From NCBI GenBank assembly GCA_002633005.1, contig NMRA01000200.1, positions 216,072 to 280,071 of the forward strand: DNA of 64,000 nucleotides, written 5' to 3'. Of the stretch, positions 55,578 to 64,000 are shown one piece after another. This DNA is from Phoronis australis (Eukaryota > Animalia > Phoronida). The position numbers and the translations under genes are program-made. Each line of letters opens with the position of its first letter. Position 1 is the first letter of the stretch. The notes beneath the pieces were generated by a model. That model was not told where the DNA came from. It saw nothing but the letters and a program-made list of their open reading frames with translations, and searched no databases.

Positions 55578-56477
55578 TTTACAACAGTTTTTACACAGAT
55601 TCTTGCTTCAAAACTTGCAACTGATTCATGAGTCTCGGCTTAAACGCAGTGACATAAATATTACATAGCTACGACATTTTAGTGAAACGGCCCCCAGAAC
55701 AAAATCTTTAGTTCTTTTCTGCTTCTCAGTCTGTGGCCAGCTGTTCTGATCACACACAAACAGTTCGTGGGAATCCCTGGTGCACAAGCATTTGGAGAAC
55801 ATTTTAAATAGAAGTTAGTCTTAAATTGTCATTACTTGAATTTTGTTCCCACATTTCATTATTTGTTTGGTATTCATTGTCATTAAAGTCATTTGGAATT
55901 CATTAATTTTTGGTATTTTCTTTTCATTTGTTATCAGAATCAATGTCACTTATAAAACTAGTTACACTCACATAATGGGTGCAATATAATGTGCTCTGTA
56001 TTCCATCCTAGACTTGAACATTGGATTTAGATCTCATACTACAGTGAAATTTGTCTCAACTTATTCCGTACTCAGATGTGAAGTGATTTCTGGGTTTGCA
56101 AATAACTGACATCTTGTTATTCCTTGAGCCCATACTGAGCATCGTCACAAGTTAACTTTTAGAGCCTGGTCTTGAGCAGTAAGTAACTGTCAATTCTTTT
56201 GAAGCTGTGAAATCACCTTGGACTTGACATGGGACAATTTGTGACCATGTCTGATTGGTAAAGTGGATTTTGGAAACGGAAGGTACGGTAGGTTTATAGC
56301 TGCTTTAAAATCCTAGATTATTGGTGTTTTTTAAACACAGATATTTGAAGTTTAGGCTTTAAATTTTTTATGTCAAGATTAATGTTTATTCGTTCTTGTT
56401 TTTACTACATTCAATACTTTTGTTTATTTTACCAGTTTACTCAGCTGCTAATACCATTTTTACATTTTTATTATTAG

Positions 56478-59400
56478 ATGGCTTGCATTGGTTTGATGAC
56501 GCCAAGACTGAGGTGTGTTCTGGAGGTGTCAAGTTTGTGGAGCTGCTTGAGAAAACAGAGTAATTTAAAGATACCAGCTAGGCTGGCCTCAACTCACAAT
56601 TGCGCCTGGCAAATCTATGAATATGGAAACAGAGAGGTGCTTACTTACACAAACACAAGACATATGCCCATAATTAGAGGTCCTAATGAACTTCTTATAG
56701 AGGTACTTGCTGCCAGTGTTAACCCCATTGATGTCAGAATGAGAGGTAAGTGGACCAAGTTTGTACAAGTCATTTGAACATCAACTTAACTATATTTTAA
56801 AATAAGTGAGGCAGCATTCACTTTCAGTTACTATTTGATCTTTTTTTTTTAATGTAATATTTACAATGAGGGTAGCCTCATCAGTTCACACTGCTTTCCA
56901 TGGGGGCCCTCAGAACTTGATTGATCTTGTACTATATTAAGACATATAATTAAATGTTGGTAGATCATTAAACTGAAGGATGATATGGATTGATTTATAA
57001 GTCGGAAGAAAATAATGAGAAAGTTGTACTAATAGGTAGCTATGTAATGTAAATCTTAAACCGGCATGGGTAGAAATCTTTTCGGACTTGTGTTCATTAG
57101 GTCACGTGATGTGGCCAATTGGTGGCATGCTTACCACACTTAAAATGTTTGTGAACTAATAGGTAGCATTAATTAATTACTTATTTATTTTGTGTTTCAG
57201 ATGGCTATGGCTCTTCATTAATCAATATTCTTCGGTCTTTTAAGAATTCTTTGGACCATAACTCAGAATTCCCTCTAATTCTGGGCCGAGACTTTTCAGG
57301 GATTGTTGTTGCTAAGGGTCATGGGGTACAAAACTTCAACGTTGGAGATGAGGTTAGTATTTATCTTGTTACTTTGTTCAGAATTATTAATTGGTGTTGG
57401 AGCATGTGCGCGATTTGGACCCCTGGGGAGGAAACGGGTAAAAATCAAAACATTTGCAAATGAATTTGTTTGTTTCTTTCAAACCCTTTTGCACAACCTT
57501 TCATTTTACTGTTTTCATTGTTTGCAGTGGCTTAGACTAGTAAAATTTTACCTTACCAGCAGCCTGTGTTTAATTAGACAGCTTAGCTCTTTAGTTTGTC
57601 CTGGGCTCATCATGAGACCACTGGCAGGATTTCCTGGTCACGTCATCACCTCTTGACTTGTAATATTTCTTAACTTTTGATGACAGTTCAAAGTCAGCCT
57701 GAATTGGAATTTCTGGCAAATAAACCAGTTAAGCAATGACTATTGTGGTGGCAGTTTGTTTGTGTGTGACATTTTATGTAATTAAAAACTGCATCATTGT
57801 TTGTTCCTCAGGGAAATGTGTGAAATTGCAATGATTTCTTGTGAATTGGAACCACTTAAATCAGTCATTCATTTATTAGTAGTTGAAGCTGATGTGTTTT
57901 GCTGTCAGCAGTATGATTGAATTGACTACAAATATAGTTGTGTCTCATGTTTCATGGCTAACCAAATCCTCGCAGGTGTGGGGTGCACTAGGAGGTGAGA
58001 GGCAAGGAACACATGCGCACTACACAGTGGCTGCTGAAGATGAGGTATTACTATAATCTTGTACTTTCCGTCCCTATCTTTATTCTAGGGACTGTACCAT
58101 AAACTAAGCAGCACTTTAAGTCTTTTATTCTTGTGCTCTCCATCCCTATCTACATACTAGCACTGGATTAAACATAGCAAATACATAGTAGGGAAAATGG
58201 CATAGCTTGTGAGCACTTGTTGATTATTGTGTTCAGACTCATGTCTTCGGTGAGTTATGGTGTGCTTGGAGTTGGCACCAAAAACAAATTGTACAATCAT
58301 GACAGATACACAACGGCTGCACTACGTTGGTCTGATGATCTATTCAAGTAAATGTGGGATGATGTAAATCCATTGTCTGCCATGATCATGAATGTCTGTG
58401 TATGCGTGTTATTACAATAATCGACAAGGGCAATTTTAAGTGTGAGAACTGTACCCCGAGACTGTTACATGGTTTAAGAGTTTCTGCAATCTCGTGAATG
58501 TGCTAAGCAGTGACGTTTTTCTTTCACAGTTTCACAGATTGGGAGGATTCTGTTTTTAAGTCAGTCTCAGTAAAGTCTTCAGTTAGCTAAAATGTGGAGT
58601 ATTGACAGGGTTTATTTCAGCTGTTTTTAAGCTCCTTCTTTCTTCACTGCATTTTCAGATGTTATTCAGGCAAAATGACCTGTGTGTTGAGATTGTCTGC
58701 CATCTGCTGATATTTGTTGATTTATTCTTATGGATGTTCATGTATTTTTGTGAAATGCTTGTTGAACATCTTTCTCCACTACATTTTTCAGATATCCTTG
58801 AAGCCAAAGTCACTTGCCCATATTGATGCCGCATCTTTACCATATGTTGCTATGACAACACACTCAGCTTTTTGCAAATTTGCACAGATCAATGAGGCTC
58901 ACTTAGCAGGAAAACGGTATGCAAATTCACGTCTGCAGTGGACTCGACACACAGCAGCCGTAGTAATGACTACATCAAAATTGGTCCACCATTCATCATT
59001 CTAACGCCAGTAAAGTTACAATGAGTTACAATGTTGACGTTAAAAGTTGAAAAGTCGACTGGTGCCATAATTTGTTCTTCATTTGTTCAACTTAGCTCAG
59101 TAGTGTGTTATCAGTGATCCTACCTTTTGAAAACTAGATGAATCTTACAAATTGCGATTTTCTACCTTAAGTTAGCTAAAGAGAAGAGTTAAACTAGGCA
59201 AGTGGTAATTGTTAGATCATGGTTTCTTTTTTACAGTGTATTGGTGATAGGTGGTGCTGGTGGTATTGGAACATTCACTATCCAGTGGTTGAAGGCATTA
59301 GACGCCCATGTAACTACTGTGTGCTCAACAGATGGCGTTGACTTGGTCTCATCGCTAGGTGCTGATGATGTCATTGACTATAAGACATCAGATGTGACAC

Positions 59401-62164
59401 AAGAAGTGCAACTGAAAGGAGGGTAGGTGTTACTGGACACTGGTCAGTAAGCTGGCTCAAGTAGACTAAGAGTAGATGTTACTGGACACTGGTCAGTAAG
59501 CTGGCTTAAGTAGATTAAGAGTAGGTGTTATTGCACACTGATCGTTAAAGTGGCTCAAGTACACTGAGGGTAGGTGTTACAGGACAATGATCAGTAAGCT
59601 GGCTCAAGTAGACTGAGGGCAGGTGTTACTGGAGACTGTCCAGAAAGCTGGCTCAAGTAGACTGAAGGTAGGTGTTACTGGACATTGGTCAGTAATCTGG
59701 CTCAAGTAGACTGAGGGTAGATGTTACTGGACACTGGTCAGTAATCTGGTTCAAGTAGACTGTGGGTTGGTGTTAATGGACACTGGTCAGTAAACTGACT
59801 CAAGGAGACTGAGGATAGGTGTTACTGGACACTGATCATTAAGCTGGCTCAAGTAGACTGAGGGCAGGTGTTACTGGACACAGGTCAGTAAGCTGGCTCA
59901 AGTAGACTGAGGTTAGGTGTTACTAGACACTGATCATTAAGCTGGCTCAAGTATAATGAGGTTAAGCGTTATTGGACATTGATCAATAAGCTGGCTGGAG
60001 TAAACTTAGACCGTCTTTTCATTGTCTTCTTGTAAGATATTAGGAATTACCTTATTTGTCCAAGTTAACAACCACCCCTGAATTTTGAAATTTTCATTTT
60101 TAAGCGACCATGCTCAGTTATTTGTTTACCCCCTGATTGTTGACTTTCTCTACTTAAATGCCCTGTTCATTATTCCTGACTAGCATGGAACATACCAGGG
60201 TAGTGTTCAGTAATGCTAGGACCTACTCTAGGACGTCAAAAAAGCAGTACTTAGCGAGATTACGTGAGATATATTGTGTATTTTAAATGAGAGAACGTGA
60301 TTTTAGCTAGATTTTTCTATTTACGAGACACCTACTGAACTCTACCCAGTTTTGTTTTTAATTTGTTTCCTCCCTATGATCATGTTAACTGAACAAAGAA
60401 ATGAACTTAACAATTTACTTACTGATAGCTTAATTGTCTCAGATGTAAATAAAGTGGACTTAAGCACTCATTCCAGTGTCTCTTCTGGTGACGTGCACAA
60501 GTAGACTTTAAAACATCTATAATGAGTAAACTTGTTATCATTGTCCATTTAATTATTCCTATAGGTTTGATGTTGTGTATGACCCAGTGGGTGGAAAAAA
60601 GATCTTCAGCTATAGTACATTAGCTGTGAAGCCTGGTGGTTATGTCATTAGTCTGACCTCACCGTTGTTGTCCAACTCAGACAAGTATGGCCTTCCTTTG
60701 GGTTTGGCAAAGTCATCTACTGATTTAGCCTGCTCTGTGTCTGAGGTATGTAGGATATTTATGCGGTTAGCGCATGCCAGTTTCCATTCTGTAATGTTGG
60801 AGACACTTAAATATTTCACCAAGTCCAACTGGAAGTTTATTCGACTCATTCCTAAGTCTTGATTACATAGTTGTGCATTGCTGTTTGTGCATTATTTTAC
60901 ACCTTGCTTTTTGTGTATAACTGCTTGCTTGTTTATTTCCAGGCTTTGAAAAAACAGGCTTTTTATCGCTGGGCTTTCTTTGTACCTAATGGTGAAGCTC
61001 TTGGCAGAGTTGCCGACATGGTGGATGCAGGATTGGTATGTTGTGATGTTCAAGTGAAATGGTTACTTGAAGTACAGAACTGTGAGAAAATTCACAAAGC
61101 ATAAAATGAAGCGGATAACGTTGACATTTGAAAACTCCATCTACTTACTACAACTTCTCTTGTTTAGTGGCATAGCCGAGATAAAGGTGGTTATTAAATT
61201 TGGAGATCCTTCCCTTTTTGTCGAGCATTGTGCAAAGCGCATAATCCAGGGGCCTCTTCCAAAGAAACTGACATAGCTAAGACAAATCTTAAATTTTAGT
61301 CAATTTTAAAATAAAGCTTATCTCAAGTCCGTTTCAAGAAAAAGATCTTAAGTTTTGTCTTAATTTTTGACTAACTTGCTGCATGTTGAAATATCAAAGT
61401 TTGGAAGTTGAGCAAAAATGAATTCGAGTCAGTTTCATGGAATAGGCACATGAACCACTGATTCAATTTTTGTTCTCTGATGGGTTTTCATGATTGAAAA
61501 ATTCTAGACTATCAGCATTTGATTTTATCCTTAATTTTAATAATGAAGCTCAGTCAGGGTGATTAAGGTCTAGTCAATTTAAGTATAGGTAAGGGCCTAA
61601 TGGCCATACGGAATGGAGTCACGATTCAGGCACATGTCCTGGACAGCTGTCTTCTCATCGTGCTGACCAGGAGAGTTCTAATCTCATACTCTTGTGTGGT
61701 GATTTGCAGTACTGCAGTTTCCTGAAGCTCTGTCAAATGTCGCAAGTACAGTCATCGCTAAGATATTCGAAGGCGTCTTATTACAAACGTGTTTTTATAG
61801 TGTGTAACATTGCAATTAAGTTGATAATTTTTCATGATCAGACTTAATGATCACCTTCACAAGCCTCATTAATGAGCAATGTGCCATGAATTAAAATAGA
61901 AGTTACTGCCATCTTAGCCTAGACTGGACTTGCAACCTCTGATATAACAGGCTTCTGGGTTGTAGCTGGTTTTGCTAGTTGTGTTCAAAACATATTGTTT
62001 AGAACTTAATATGAACTTGTATTTGAATTTTTCAGATTCAACCCATTGTGGAAAGTGTGTTTTCAATGAATGAAGTTCCCGCTGCTTATGATAAAGTGGG
62101 ATTAGGAAGTGGTAGAGGCAAGACAGTAATAGACATGACATCAAATGACAGTAGCTCCAAATGA
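56478..62164 (+). CDS. RTN4IP1: Reticulon-4-interacting protein 1, mitochondrial NAD(P)H:quinone oxidoreductase (MDR/zeta-crystallin family)
   Basis: AWQIYEYG...[16 protein letters not shown]|DGYG...[12 protein letters not shown]...GDE|VWG...QGTHAHY; [10 protein letters not shown]; Rossmann motif [16 protein letters not shown]; [10 protein letters not shown]; GRGKTVI. Exons 56478-56745, 57201-57352, 57976-58044, 58792-58916, 59237-59422, 60565-60745, 60943-61035, 62036-62164. The ATG directly follows a polypyrimidine-AG, implying an upstream non-coding exon. Confidence 0.94.
59419..60006 (+). repeat. 49-bp minisatellite (~12 copies) beginning at an RTN4IP1 exon/intron junction
   Basis: Unit GAGGGTAGGTGTTACTGGACACTGGTCAGTAAGCTGGCTCAAGTAGACT. 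Confidence 0.92.
60198..60347. mobile_element. Small MITE-like element
   Basis: TIRs GGGTAGTGTTCAGTA / TACTGAACTCTACCC. Confidence 0.45.
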
Positions 62165-62535
62165 TGTTAATGGCTTTAGTACAGAGTCATAAGCGAAGAC
62201 GTGCCAGGAGGTTGACCCAAGCCTACCATATGGAGTCCAGAGTTGCTCTCTACTTCCTGAGTGGTGTTCTCTTGGATAAAGCACCTGCAAGAGATTTCTG
62301 GGTAACACACCCAACCATGTTAACCATGGAAATTCAGATTGTGCAGTTTTGGAAGAATGCTGCAAACCAGCGAGATGGATTAACCTTTGAACAGTGCTGC
62401 CAAAGGCTTTTATTATCAGTTCTATTTTCAAACTCCATGCTTTCTAGGTACCTCAAGGTGCAGACATGATCCAAGTCATATAGTTGAAAAGATTGGAACA
62501 TATACATCTGATAACACTGATTATTCACGAATGAC

Positions 62536-62794
62536 GGGTCTGTTTCGTGAAAGTGACTGAAGACAGGAATTTGGTCTTGCACTCTACACAACTTTTTTGA
62601 AAAATGATTTGATCTTACACAAAGTTTCTGAGAATATGCACATAGCTGCTAGATTCTGAGATAATTTCTATAAATTATTTCTATACTGTAACTTATTCGT
62701 AATTAATTAGCTAAACTTTTATCAGCAACTGTGAACTGGGAATATACAACCAAATGTCTGTCTTAAGTGTTGTATCACTTTCATGAAACAGACC
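62536..62794. mobile_element. Small MITE downstream of RTN4IP1
   Basis: TIRs GGGTCTGTTTCGTGAAAGTGA / TCACTTTCATGAAACAGACCC. Confidence 0.6.
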
Positions 62795-64000
62795 CTAAGT
62801 GTCGGTTGTGAAGTTGCCGTGCAATACTGGTACAGCCTATATTGTACTTGGAACTAAGTGTTGTGCATATGAAATGAAGCTTATTAAATTCCTGATGAGA
62901 GCCAACCTGGATCACAGCTTAATTCATTTTGCATAGATTGTGTTGGAAAGTATGGCGAGACATGGTGCATGCAAAGTAACAAAACATGCAATGAGAATCA
63001 AAGTTAAAAGCATCGATTGTGGCGATTCACATATTGTGGGAAAGAAAAATGCTTAAGAGCCAGTTTTGTTTGTTGAATGTCTTTGTAAAAACTGTATTTT
63101 ATTGATGATAAATCAAGGTATTTTTACAAGTTCCTTGCAATGCCTAATTACTATTTAGACAATTTAAATTACTGCATATCACTTATAGCAAGCTCTGATG
63201 CTCCTCAGAATAATTATTCCTTTCCAAGATACGTACATTGGACAATCATGAACTGAAGCAAGTTGTGTGAAAAAAAGTAAAACATTAAAATATGCATTTA
63301 ATGCTTTTAACGCATCAAATAATACAAGGAAAAGCAGATTTTACAAAATCTAGAGGACACTAAAATTAACTCTTACACCTAAGACTTCACGTACAGTAAA
63401 ACTTGCAGAAGTCAGAACCAAAGTGAGCGAGAAAAAATCTGACTTACGCGTGCATGAACTAGAATAATATTGAGGAACTTTGTCCAAGATTAGCCAAAAT
63501 CCCAACTTACGCATGTCCAACCAATGCGAGTAACAGTATAAGAAAATTTAGGTTAAAATTATAGAAGTCACGTCGAGCACAAATTCAAGATTTTTGATGT
63601 GATAAATAACATTGATTATTCGTAACTAAGCATTCCATCATCAGGCAATATCATTATACTGATGACAGGAAAGAAGCCTTGCAACTAAACCTGCAACTAA
63701 ACCTGCAGCATTTTAGTTACAAGTTATAACATGCAGAATTGACATCAAAAACATACAATCACAGGTGAGACTACATATTTCTGGTTTTATTTATGTGAAA
63801 TTGTTTTAAATACTAACATTACAAAAATAAAATGCACTACATTAATAAATGAATCGCAATATGAATTGTGACTTGGAAAATGGTACCTAGTATGAAGTCG
63901 ATAAAACAACCTCAGAGCAACTTACCAACATGTAGTAAACCTATCCCAAGATGTCAAGACAACTAATCGTAAAACAATACCTGAATAAGGTAATTTCCAA

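Noticed and set aside
59419-60006. CRISPR-like regularity here and at 12758-13608 and 35255-36802
   Set aside because: These are head-to-tail repeats with no unique spacers, no cas genes and a eukaryotic context.

Overview
AT-rich, intron-rich animal (probably invertebrate) nuclear DNA, not prokaryotic. It holds four spliced housekeeping genes in two head-to-head pairs. LTN1/listerin (-, 28 coding exons visible, last exon beyond the left edge) faces LZIC (+, 5 coding exons). QRSL1/GatA (-, 10 coding exons) faces RTN4IP1 (+, 8 coding exons). Introns and intergenic DNA are full of mobile-element relics: Helentron-type non-autonomous elements (HINE/DINE-1-like) carrying arrays of CTCF-like motifs, a 695-bp fold-back element with an 8-bp TSD in the LTN1/LZIC promoter, a ~5-kb TTAA-flanked TIR element, Penelope-like fragments with minimal hammerhead-ribozyme motifs, RTE, CR1/L2 and LOA/I-type LINE fragments, a tRNA-headed SINE, MITEs and several minisatellites. 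Two single-N joins with flanking duplications look like assembly artefacts. I found no clearly new protein-coding system; the best leads are structural or regulatory. All exon and element coordinates were read by eye, and family assignments come from recognised motifs, not database searches.
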